A stretch of 64,000 nt of DNA. Origin: Macrostomum lignano (lineage: Eukaryota). This document shows positions 1-16,400 of the stretch, in pieces. Location: NCBI GenBank assembly GCA_002269645.1, contig NIVC01002102.1, positions 140,361 through 204,360 on the forward strand. The letters are read 5' to 3'. The notes beneath the pieces were generated by a model. The model was not told where the DNA came from. It made no database searches and saw only the letters and a list, made by a program, of their open reading frames with translations. The position numbers and the translations under genes are program-made. The first letter of the stretch is position 1; each line of letters opens with the position of its first letter.

Positions 1-260
1 TCTTCCGCCTCCCTCTTCCGCCTCCCTCTTCCGCATCCTCTTCCGCCCTACCTGCGTCTTCTTGTTTTGTGCCCTCTTTTTTGCCCCTCTTCCGCCCCCT
101 CTTCCGACCCCTCTTCCGCCTCCCTCTTCCGCCCCCTTCCGTCCCCCTCTTCCGCCCCTTCTTCTGCCCTACCTGGGCCTTCTTGTTTTCCACCCTCTCT
201 TCAGCCTCCCTCTTCCGCCCTCTCTTCCGCCCTTTCTCCGCCTTCCACTTTCTTTCCGAT
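1..260. repeat. Degenerate pyrimidine-rich (cctcttccgc) repeat
   Basis: Tandem cctcttccg units are visible. Confidence 0.85.
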
Positions 261-835
261 CCCCTCTCCGCTCCCGTTGTTCCGCGTCTCTCGGGCCTAC
301 ATGTACTTCCCCCCTTCTTCCACCCCGCAGTTCTCCTGGTCCTTTCGCTGTCCCATTTTTTAAGACAGTTTATAATTTTCTTTTCATCTTCTTTACTATC
401 GCTAATTACTCTCTATTCCTTTACAAATTGAAGAGATTTCATGAGGCTATTTCTAATATAACAAATAATAGGTGTCTCAACCTTTAGCTTTTTAATTTTG
501 CTTTCATAATCACCTCTGATCAAACAGAGGCTGTCTTCAAGTACATGTGGATTACTTTTCTATGTTTTGTTATCATTTTCTGTTAACTTTTTAATACAGA
601 AATTCCCGCCTTTCTACTTATATGTATATAATCCTGCTGTAAGAGAAGTAGTTCAGTTGGAGAATGTGCATTATATGTATTTTTAATATACAAAAATTAT
701 TTCCTCCTGATATATCAATCGATTTATTTCCACCCTATGGACTGCCACGCTTCCACGCTGCTGCTGCTGCTGCAGGAACTTCCAAACTCTGATCTGCATT
801 ATTGCTATAACTATACACACAGATACTAAAATAAC

Positions 836-1263
836 TAGATGGGCCACTCAGACGCATATACTTAATAAAACAGCTTTCTACTTTCAGTTCAGTAGCAAAG
901 AATAATACATAAGCTATTTTATAAAAATAGTGCCAGCTGAAACGACTTCAATAAATTTAGAATAGAAGCCCAAGCTTGCAGGCGTAAACAACTTGCTAAT
1001 TGGTTCAACAGTAATGTACATTGGCCAGTCCACTGAAATGTACATGGCAGCTTTAGGCTGGAATTCCGAGAAAGGCAATAAAAATTGGGGCAGGGCGGGC
1101 GGGGGGGGGTAGTGTGGAAAGGCGCAGTTGGAGGTTTGAGTGGGGGGGGGTGGGTAAGAGCCAATAAATGACCTTGTCTTTAAAAATAGATTAAAATGCT
1201 TCTGTTTAACTTGCTACTGAACTGAAAGTAGCTTACATGCAAATGTGCTGAGTGGCCCACCTA
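836..1263. mobile_element. Foldback/MITE-like element (possibly Helentron-associated)
   Basis: Inverted arms TAG(A/G)TGGGCCACTCAG and CTACTTTCAGTTCAGTAGCAA at ~836-898 and ~1205-1263; no TSD seen. Confidence 0.55.
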
Positions 1264-1857
1264 AGCCATCTAGTTATTCTCTAGTAATCTGTGAACTATA
1301 CTCTGCGTTAACTATATGATTCACATAGACTCTCGCCCTTCAAGGGCTTATACATCAAGATTAATATTTTGAGGAAGCAGGTAACACAGGACATTGTGTC
1401 ATTTCTTCGTGTCACTATGTGTACATCCCAACTCACACCCTGCAGACTTATTCGCAAAGGTTGCTAATCTTGCACATTATTATATTGAACATTGTACAGC
1501 GTATTACATAATATTAATCCTTTATTATTATTGTTATTATTAAGTTCATAATCATTATTAAGGAAAGTTATTCTTTTTTTCCTAGGTTCTCTGGTTTTTC
1601 TATGCACTGGAAAATTAAGCCCAATTATGTTTTTTTAGTATACAGAATATATTCGCTGTTCATTTTACTTTTACTGTCATTAGAATTTATTTGACCCATA
1701 TCAGAGCGCTTGTCTGTCTGAGCGAGTGCTAATATTGAATTTTGATTGCAGTTTATTTCTTATTCGACTACTTTGAGTAGGGGACACGATGCGTGCTCCA
1801 TTTTTTAAGATTTAACTTTAAAAATGAACATTTCTATCAAATGTTCTAGTTCAATTG

Positions 1858-2447
1858 GGGTATGACTTACTCGAGTATCTCATGACTTACTCGAGTATCT
1901 CATGACTTACACTAGGGTATCTTATCACTTACACTAGAGTATCCCATATTGACTTACTTGACTTAGCTGCAGGGTGGTCCGTAGACACAGCGGGGAGGCG
2001 AGGGTCACCCATTCCGCTAATCCCTTAAAGCCCGAAGACAGGCAGAGGCGTGGGGCCGGTCAGGGTGGAGTATCTGAGTGAGTATCTCATCACTTACTTG
2101 GGTAGGCTCGGGTATCTCATGACTTACACTTGGTATCTCATCACTTACACTAGGGTATCTCATCACTTACACTTGGGTATCTCATCACTTACACTTGGGT
2201 ATCTCATCACTTACACTTGGGTATCTCATCACTTACACTTGGGTATCTCATCACTTACACTTGGGTATCTCATCACTTACACTAAGGTATATCATCACTT
2301 ACACTAGGGTATCTCATCACTTACACCAGGGTATCTCATCACTTACACCAGGGTATCTCATCACTTACACTAAGGTATCTCATGACTTACACCAGGGTAT
2401 CTCATGACTTACTCGGGTATCTCATGACTTACTCGGGTATCTCATGA
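1858..2447. repeat. 22-bp minisatellite gggtatctcatcacttacactt, interrupted at ~1950-2075
   Basis: Direct inspection. Confidence 0.9.
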
Positions 2448-2589
2448 CTCTCCGTATGTCTTTAAGTTACAATTTTTCTCGGAATTCCGCAACAATCTGC
2501 TCAGACGGTTAGCTGTCATTAGCCGAGAGTCTGGAAGCTCCACCATCATCGCCAGCAGCCAATGGACTCATAAAGATGATGGACTCATA

Positions 2590-2646
2590 ATGACAGCCAA
2601 CCAGCTTACAGCTTCAAGCATACAATTAGCACCTATTTTACCGAGA
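2590..2646 (+). CDS. Candidate first coding exon of the Lhx2/9-like gene (MTANQLTASSIQLAPILPR)
   Basis: ATG at 2590 and phase-0 donor AGA|gtaatt, compatible with the phase-0 acceptor at 5445. No homology support. Confidence 0.3.
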
Positions 2647-2862
2647 GTAATTGCTTGCTACTCAGCAGCTTACACAAATGCCATATTAACTTCTCCGCTA
2701 TTCTTGGGGCTACAGTTGAAACAAACAGGTCAGTCTGGCTGTAACACTGAATTGCAGTCCGTTAGAGCCTTGCGTTGGCACCGTTGTTTATGCCAGTCTT
2801 TATGACTACCGCGAAGAGGTAATTATTGAATTTTTTATTTTTTTTCTGCGCTTGAAAGAAGA

Positions 2863-3790
2863 GGGAGTGGGAGACAGGTAGAGGGGAGTGGGAGACGGGT
2901 AGAGGGGATTGGGAGACGGGTAGAGGGGATTGGGAGACAGGTAGAGGGGATTGGGAGACAGGTAGAGGGGAGTGGGAGACAGGTAGAGGGGATTGGGAGA
3001 CAGGTAGAGGGGATTGGGAGACAGGTAGAGGGGAGTGGGAGACAGGTAGAGGGGATTGGGAGACAGGTAGAGGGGATTGGGAGACAGGTAGAGGGGAGTG
3101 GGAGACAGGTAGAGGGCAGTGGGAGACAGGTAGAGGGGAGTGGGAGACAGGTAGAGGGGAGTGGGAGACAGGTAGAGGGCAGTGGGAGACAGGTAGAGGG
3201 CAGTGGGAGACAGGTAGAGGGGAGTGGGAGACAGGTAGAGGGGAGTGGGAGACGGGTAGAGGGGATTGGGAGACAGGTAGAGGGGATTGGGAGACAGGTA
3301 GAGGGGAGTGGGAGACAGGTAGAGGGGATTGGGAGACAGGTAGAGGGGATTGGGAGACAGGTAGAGGGGAGTGGGAGACAGGTAGAGGGCAGTGGGAGAC
3401 AGGTAGAGGGGAGTGGGAGACAGGTAGAGGGGAGTGGGAGACAGGTAGAGGGCAGTGGGAGACAGGTAGAGGGCAGTGGGAGACAGGTAGAGGGGAGTGG
3501 GAGACAGGTAGAGGGCAGTGGGAGACAGGTAGAGGGGAGTGGGAGACAGGTAGAGGGCAGTGGGGGACAGGTAGAGGGGAGTGGGAGACAGGTAGAGGGC
3601 AGTGGGAGACAGGTAGAGGGGAGTGGAAGACAGGTCGAGAAAAGTGGGAGACAGGTAGAGGGTAGTGGAAGACAGGTAGAGAAAAGTGGGAGACAGGTAG
3701 AGGGCAGTGGGAGACAGGTAGAGGGCAGGGGGAGACAGGTAGAGGGCAGTGGAAGACAGGTAGAGAAAAGTGGGAGACAGGTAGAGGGTA
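2863..3790. repeat. 21-bp purine-rich minisatellite gggagacaggtagaggggagt
   Basis: Direct inspection; source of the 373-aa pseudo-ORF. Confidence 0.95.
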
Positions 3791-4217
3791 ATGAAAGGGA
3801 GGAGAGGTGAAGACAGAGCTGGATGAGAAAGAGATCATTTGTTGCACGGGGGCTGCGTATCTAATATACCTGAAAGCAGACAAGATATCCAGTTTATCCT
3901 AATTGAGTTGTAAACTGGATCATAAAAATCTAAAAAGATTTTCAAGCTTTTTAAGTTTTTAATAGCAAGACGTGCGGATACGAATGTAACGACTATAATA
4001 TAGCAGAAGGCATGCCCGCCACGCTTTAGAATTTTTTTACTTATTGAAGACTTGTGTTTTTTGCAATAATTAGAGATCTCATTTGATATAAAGTTTTTAC
4101 AACTTGCGCCTAACTATTTAATTATGGGACTTAAAAGAAACCTCAAGTTTTTGAGACTCCGATCCGAAAAAATTGATATAGATGTTTCGATTCATGCAAC
4201 TTCAGATAAAGATGAGG

Positions 4218-5435
4218 CTTCTAGATATTTAGACACTTGGCCTTCTGGATATAGACACTTAGAGTTCTAGATATAGACACTTGGCCATCTGGATATAGAC
4301 ACTTAGAGTTCTAGATATAGACACTTGGCCATCTGGATATAGACACTTAGAGTTCTAGATATAGACACTTGGCCTTCTGGATAACACTTAGAGTTCTAGA
4401 TATAGACACTTGGCCTTCTGGATATAGACACTTAGAGTTCTAGATAGAGACACCTGGCCTTCTGGATATAGACACTTAGAGTTCTAGATATAGACACTTG
4501 GCCTTCTGGATACAGACACTTAGTGTTCTAGATATAGACACTTGGCCTTCTGGATATAGACACTTAGAGTTCTAGATATAGACACTTGGCCTTCTGGATA
4601 TAGACACTTAAAGTTCTAGATATAGACACTTGGCCTTCTGGATATAGACACTTAGAGTTCTAGATATAGACACTTGGCCTTCTGGATATAGACACTTAGA
4701 GTTCTAGATATAGACACTTGGCCCTCTAGGCATAGACACTTAGCCCTCTAGACATAGACACTTAGCCCTCTAGACATAGACACTTAGTCCTCTAGACATA
4801 GACACTTAGCTCTCTAGACATAGACAGTTAGCCCTCTAGACATGGACACTTAGTCCTCTAGACACAGACACTTAGTCCTCTAGACATAGACACTTAGCCC
4901 TCTAGACATAGACACTTAGTCCTCTGGACACAGACACTTAGCCCTCTAGACATAGACACTTAGCTCTCTAGACATAGACACTCAGTCCTCTAGACATAGA
5001 CACTTAGCCCTCTAGACATAGACACTTATAGCCCTCTAGACACTTAGCTCTCTAGACATAGACACTTAGCCCTCTAGACACAGACACTTAGCCCTCTAGA
5101 CCCAGACACTTAGCCCTCTAGACACAGACACTTAGCCCTCTAGACATAGACACTTAGCTCTCGAGACATAGACACTTAGCCCTCTAGACCCAGACACTTA
5201 GCCCTCTAGACATAGACACTTATAGCCCTCTAGACACTTAGCTCTCTAGACATAGACACTTAGCCCTCTAGACACAGACACTTAGCCCTCTAGACCCAGA
5301 CACTTAGCCCTCTAGACACAGACACTTAGCCCTCTAGACATAGACACTTAGCTCTCGAGACATAGACACTTAGCCCTCTAGACCCAGACACTTAGCCCTC
5401 TAGACACAGACACTTAGCCCTCTAGACCCAGACAC
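4218..5435. repeat. 22-bp minisatellite (44-bp dimer on the left, tagacacttagccctctagaca monomer on the right)
   Basis: Alternating A/B units to ~4720, then monomers. Confidence 0.95.
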
Positions 5436-5445
5436 TATCCTGCAG

Positions 5446-9931
<4,486 letters not shown>

Positions 9932-10034
9932 TATCGGCGCCTCAGTCTCCAACTATTCTATTCTGCTCGTGTTTCCATATTTCATTGTGATCTTTCGATG
10001 AAGATTCAAAATATGCGAATATTGTGGAAATAGC

Positions 10035-10440
10035 AACTGTTACTATGCGGATGCAAGCTGTTGCTATGCAGATGGAAACTGTTGCTATGCTGGTGCAGGC
10101 TGTTGCTATGCGGGTGCAGGCTGTTGCTATGCAGATGGAAGCTGTTGCTATGCGGATGGAAGCTGTTGCTATGCGAATGCAAGCTGTTGCTATGCTGGTG
10201 CAGGCTGTTGCTATGCTGGTGCAGGCTGTTGCTATGCGGGTGCAGGCTGTTGCTATGCGGGTGCAGGCTGTTGCTATGCGGGTGCAGGCTGTTGCTATGC
10301 AAATGGAAGCTGTTGCTATGCGAATGGAAACTGTTGCTATGCGGATGCAAGCTGTTGCTATGTGGGTAGAAACTGTTGCTATGCGGATGCAAACTTGCTA
10401 TGTGGATGCAAGCTGTTGCTACGCGGATGACGACAGTTGC
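10035..10440. repeat. 21-bp minisatellite gctgttgctatgcgggtgcag
   Basis: Direct inspection. Confidence 0.95.
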
Positions 10441-11149
10441 TACAAAGACTGCAACCCCAGACCAGTGGGAAATTTTTCAGATCCTATATAGAATATTAAA
10501 TATTTGACGAGTCTGATATTTGGAATAGAAAAGACAAAAGCCACAGATCGACTGTCCATAACATCATATAATTCCGCGCCTCAATGTATGCGCATATAAA
10601 CAAAGCAATTATAGGCACAGCATTGAATCTCTTTCATCAGCTGTTTTTAATCGTTTATTTTATTATATAAATTTACATAAGCATACACTACGCAACGGAG
10701 AAGTCGGCAAAGCGGAAGCTAAAAACGCACAAACTTACTGACAATTAAAACAAATAATGAAAATTAAATCACTATTGATAAAATTGAAAATAAAAATATT
10801 GCTAACAAGCAGTACAAAATAATAATTAGACTTATTGGCAAAGTAGGACAAAATAGCAGCGATACTAAATATTCAATACTTGCTACTGATTAAGTAGTGC
10901 AAATCGACTGGACTGAAAAAACAAGCAAATAAAAATAGCGGAAAAGCGCAAATTCAGCGGGCACAGAAAAATAGAATTGAGAAGAATCGAGAAATGCAAA
11001 ACAGTTATACTGCCGAAAATTATTATAAAAACCTTTTAGTATTGCTTAAAATCGACTTGGCCATAACTTTAGCAGATATTATTAATTATTAATGATCAAA
11101 TGGAAGCGAAGACAAAGTAATTGTGTTTAGAGTGATCTCTCGCCGGCAA

Positions 11150-11950
11150 TAGTTACAGTTCCAACATTCCACTTCCGGTTCCGGAATCTCTTACAGTTCC
11201 AACATTCCACTTCCGGTTCCGGAATCCCTTACAGTTCCTACATTCTATTTCCGGTTCCGGAATCCCTTACAGTTCCAACATTCCACTTCAGGTTCCGGAA
11301 TCTCTTACAGATCCAACATTCCACTTCAGGTTCCGGAATCTCTTAAAGATCCAACATTCCACTTCCGGTTCCGGAATCTCTTACAGTTCCAACATTCCAC
11401 TTCCGGTTCCGGAATCTCTTACAGATCCAACATTCCAATTCCGGTTCCGGAATCTCTTACAGATCCAAAATTCCACTTCCGGTTCCGGAATCTCTTACAG
11501 ATCCAACATTCCACTTCTAGTTCCGGAATCACTTACAGTTCCAGCATTCTACTTCCGGTTTCGAAATCACTTACAGTTCCAGCATTCTACTTCCGGAATC
11601 ACTTACAGTTCCAGCATTCTACTTCCGGTTTCGAAATCACTTACAGTTCCAGCATTCTACTTCCGGAATCCCTTACAGTTCCAGCATTCTACTTCCGGAA
11701 TCCCTTACAGTTCCAGCATTCTACTTCCGGAATCCCTTACAGTTCCACGATTCTACTTCCGGAATCCCTTACAGTTCCAGCATTCTACTTCCGGAATCCC
11801 TTACAGTTCCAGCATTCTACTTCCGGAATCCCTTACAGTTCCACGATTCTACTTCCGGAATCCCTTACAGTTCCAGCATTCTACTTCCGGAATCCCTTAC
11901 AGTTCCAGCATTCTACTTCCGGAATCCCTTACAGTTCCAGCATCCTACTT
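11150..11950. repeat. 38-bp then 32-bp minisatellite containing acttccgg
   Basis: ttacagttccaacattccacttccggttccggaatctc shifts to ttacagttccagcattctacttccggaatccc. Confidence 0.95.
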
Positions 11951-12254
11951 CCAATTGACACTTCAAATTGAACCAATTGACACCTATAGAACAAGCGCAG
12001 TTGACTTTGAATTTCCATGGGGCACAGATAAACAGCTACAACAAATTTACCAATCATCCGTAACTGATGATCTGCCAAACTGCAAAAGTTAGCAGCCCTT
12101 TTTCTAAAAAACACACGGGTTTTTTCGAGCGAGCAGCGAAAGACGCATGGCCAGGATAGGAGCAAAAAGGACTCTGATTGGAGAAGCTGGGGCAGTTTGG
12201 GAGGGACCGGATTTGGGGAATATTGATTGATAAATTGATAGATTTGTGTCTGCG

Positions 12255-13083
12255 AACAGAGTGAACAGAACAGTGAAGAGAGTGAACAGAACAGTGAAGA
12301 GGGTGAACAGAACAGTGAACAGAGTGAACAGAACAGTGAAGAGAGTGAACAGAACAATGAAGAGAGTGAACAGAACAGTGAAGAGAGTGAACAGAACAAT
12401 GAAGAGAGTGAACAGAACAGTGAAGAGAGTGAACAGAACAGTGAAGAGAGTGAACAGAACAGTGAAGAGAGTGAACAGAACAGTGAAGAGAGTGAACAGA
12501 ACAGTGAAGAGAGTGAACAGAACAGTGAAGAGAGTGAACAGAACAGTGAAGAGGGTGAACAGAACAGTGAAGAGAGTGAACAGAACAGTGAAGAGAGTGA
12601 ACAGAACAGTGAAGAGAGTGAACAGAACAGTGAAGAGAGTGAACAGAACAGTGAAGAGGGTGAACAGAACAGTGAAGAGAGTGAACAGAACAGTGAAGAG
12701 AGTGAACAGAACAGTGAAGAGAGTGAACAGAACAGTGAAGAGAGTGAAAAGAACAGTGAAGAGAGTGAACAGAACAGTGAAGAGAGTGAACAGAACAGTG
12801 AAGAACGTGAACAGAACAGTGAAGAGAGTGAACAGAACAGTGAAGAGAGTGAACAGAACAGTGAAGAGAGTGAACAAACAGTGAAGAGAGTGAACAGAAC
12901 AGTGAAGAGAGTGAACAGAACAGTGAAGAACGTGAACAGAACAGTGAAGAGAGTGAACAGAACAGTGAAGAGAGTGAACAGAACAGTGAAGAGAGTGAAC
13001 AGAACAGTGAAGAGAGTGAACAGAACAGTGAAGAGAGTGAACAGAACAATGAAGAGAGTGAACAGAACAGTGAAGAGTGAACA
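12255..13083. repeat. 21-bp minisatellite gaacagaacagtgaagagagt (probable FRMD4-like 3' UTR)
   Basis: Begins ~45 nt after the FRMD4-like stop codon. Confidence 0.95.
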
Positions 13084-13128
13084 GGAGTGGAGGGGGAGAG
13101 TGAAGAGACAGAAATCGTGTGAGCAGAG

Positions 13129-13432
13129 TCACAGGAAGCTGTCCAGTTCAGTCCGATCAGCCCCGGCAGATGAAGCAGCGGCAGCAGAAGAGTCGCAGCA
13201 GCAGCAGGAGCAGCAATAGCAGTCAGAAGAAGAAGCTGTAGAAGCCACCCGCTGCCTGTGACTGTCATACCAGGCCAGCATCTCGTGCGAGAAGTCGGTT
13301 GACACGGCAGGGGAGATGTAGGCAGTTGCAGACATCATTGAGTCGGATGTCTTCTGCTGCTGCTGCTGCAGAAGCCGCTTGCTTTGGCTGGCGAAAGCTT
13401 TAGCAGAAATGGGCGGCTTTTTGTGAAACAAT
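13129..13432 (-). CDS. frmd4: FRMD4-like terminal exon
   Basis: Acceptor ctctttttcag|A; LFHKKPP...TELDSFL, then stop TGA at 13131-13129. Confidence 0.7.
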
Positions 13433-16400
13433 CTGAAAAAAGAGAATACAAGTGAGAATAAAATTTCGCAATTTCATAAACAAATAATCCGAACTGTAAA
13501 AACAGACCTTCTATTCTGTCGAGCCGAACTCTGAGCCGACCTGAGCGATTGAGTTTTACGCAAACTTCTGCAGTTTTCATCTTCTTCTTCAAAGTCAAAG
13601 GAGAATCTGAAATTGATGCAGCGGAATATAAAATACTTGTTAAATTCGTTGTGTGCTACTCATTAGCTACCTATAAGTAGCATAGTTTGAATATAGACTG
13701 TTGAAAATTGGTTAAAGATTGAAGCTTAATTAATTGAAGCAGAGAAGCCGTGCAGTTTAAAGCGCTATTATACTACTCTAAAGCAGGCCAGTTAGTAGCA
13801 TGGTTAGTAAGTGCACAAATTTAAGCCTGTGTATGTAATTAATTACTCTGTTTCAATACTAAAAAACATGTTATTGAAAAATAATAGCGCACGTGTTTAT
13901 TACATTGGCATAATATTGAAGCGAAGCTGAAAAAAACAGAAAATTATCGAATAAATAAATGTTTGCAATTTCGTAAGTCACAGTGACAATTTTTTGTATA
14001 AAAGCAATTGATATTCTCAGAGAAAATAGTAGTGTTTAATACATAAAATAATATATAAAAAATTTCAACATGGCAAATCGAAGTTGAGAGATCTAAAACT
14101 AATTGTAATGCTGATTATGCTACTACGCGTATTATAACACGTTGCTATGCGGATTCTAACTCGTTGCTATGGCGATTTTCACTCGTTGCAATGCCGATTA
14201 TAATTCGTTGCAGTGCAGATTATACCCCGTTGATATGCTGATTATAGCCCGTTGCTATGCATAGTAGAATCCGTTACCATGCGTATTATAACCCATTGCT
14301 ATGCATATTATAACCCGTTGCTATGCAGATTATAACCCATTGTTATGCATGTTAAAACCCGTTGCTACGCACATTGTAGCCCGTTGCTATGCATCTTATA
14401 ACATGTTGCTATGCATATTACAACCCGTTGCTATGCATATTATAACCCGTTGCTATGCATGTTAAAACCCGTTGCTACGCAGATTATAACCCGTTGCTAT
14501 GCATCTTATAACATGTTGCTATGCATATTACAACCCGTTGCTATGCATATTATAACCCGTTGTCATGCAGATTATAACCTGTTGCCGTGCATATTATAAC
14601 CCGTTGCTATGCAGATTATAACCCCTTGCTATGCAGATTATAACCCGTTGCTATGCATGTTAAAACCCGTTGCTACGCAGATTATAACCCGTTGCTATGC
14701 ATCTTATAACCTGTTACTATGGTGATCCTAGGTCGTGATCCATTCTAAGCCATAGTTGAGATGAGATCAATTTGATGTGATTAAAAGTAGGGACAAGTAG
14801 AGATGAAATCAAAATGAGGAGAAACAATAATACTGACAGAACAGGAGAAAATGAGCACAATATCAAAAAGTAAACAAAAAACAAATCGATAGCGTTATAA
14901 AAACAACATTCGTCAGAACCAATTTGAGCAAACAAATATGTTTGTTTTTGAGCATTTAAATCTGGCAAAGTTTTTCAGAGATTAGCACTTGAATAGTGAG
15001 CAGCGTTGAGTTACCGCAATAAAAGTGGGTCAACGGATTAGGAAAACAACTTTTACTCAAAGCAATATTTATAATTAGCCGTGTGCATTGGCATGCATTG
15101 CAGCGGAGTTTAGGGGCACAAAATATTCTAGTTAGTACTGTTAGTAGAGTGGTCTGCGACAGCCAGTTAGTAATCAAGCACCAATTACAAATTACTAACA
15201 GTACACTCTTTTCATACTCTTTTCATACTCTTTTTCGATACTCTTTTCATGTATCGATAGAATTATTAATGATTATTTATTCTTAAATTATTCACCCAGT
15301 GACGATTTTTCATAATCTAGTAAGTTTGGGAGGATGATATCTAACTAGAAAGGGATATTTAGGATGATGGGATCTAACTAAAATGGGAAATTTAGGAGGA
15401 TGACATCTAACTAAAATGGGTATTTAGGAGAATTATATCTAAATAAAAGGGGATGTTTAGGAGAATTATATCTAACTAAAAGGGGATGTGTTTAGGAAGA
15501 TGATATCTAACTAAAATTGGACATCTAGGAGGATGATATCTAACTAAAATTGGACATTTAGGAGGATGATATCTAACTAAAATGGGACATCTAGGAGGAT
15601 GATATCTAACTAAAATTGGACATCTAGGAGGATGATATCTAACTAAAATTGGACATTTAGGAGGATGATATCTAACTAAAATTGGACATTTAGGATGTTA
15701 TCTAACTAAAATGGGACATCTAGAAGGATGATATCTAACTAAAATGGGACATCTAGGAGGATGATATCTAACTAAAATTGGACATTTAGGAGGATGATAT
15801 CTAACTAAAATTGGACATTTAGGATGTTATCTAACTAAAATGGGACATCTAGAAGGATGATATCTAACTAAAATGGGACATCTAGGAGGATGATATCTAA
15901 CTAAAACTGGACATCTAGGAGGATGATATCTAACTAAAACTGGACATCTAGGAAGATGATATCTAACTAAAATGGGACATCTAGAAGGATGATATCGAAC
16001 TAAAATGGGACATCTAGCAGGATGATATCTAACTAAAATTGGACATTTAGGAGGATGATATCTAACTAAAATTGGACATTTAGGATGTTATCTAACTAAA
16101 ATGGGACATCTAGGAGGATGATATCTAACTAAAACTGGACATCTAGGAGGATGATATCTAACTAAAATTGGACATCTAGGAGAATGATATCTAACTAAAA
16201 TTGGACATCTAGGAGGATGATATCTAACTATATACCATTTCTAACGGCACAACAATTATATGGTGTTAAAAGCGGTTAGGCAGCAGGCTTACAAACATCG
16301 AGCTACTAAAACAGAGGGTTTCGAAAACAACACTCAAGAGACCACAGCTGGGTCTCTAATTTAGCTATCCTTAATTTGCACGTACTCTAGCGCCTCCCTG

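Noticed and set aside
1950-2075. HDV-like ribozyme on the - strand (CCTCGCC, GCTAAG motifs)
   Set aside because: Could not build P1 and P3 pairings by hand.
12054-13268. Long ORFs HCSVHSL / VNRTVKR / LFTV
   Set aside because: Stop-free frames of the 21-bp array; no start or splice support.
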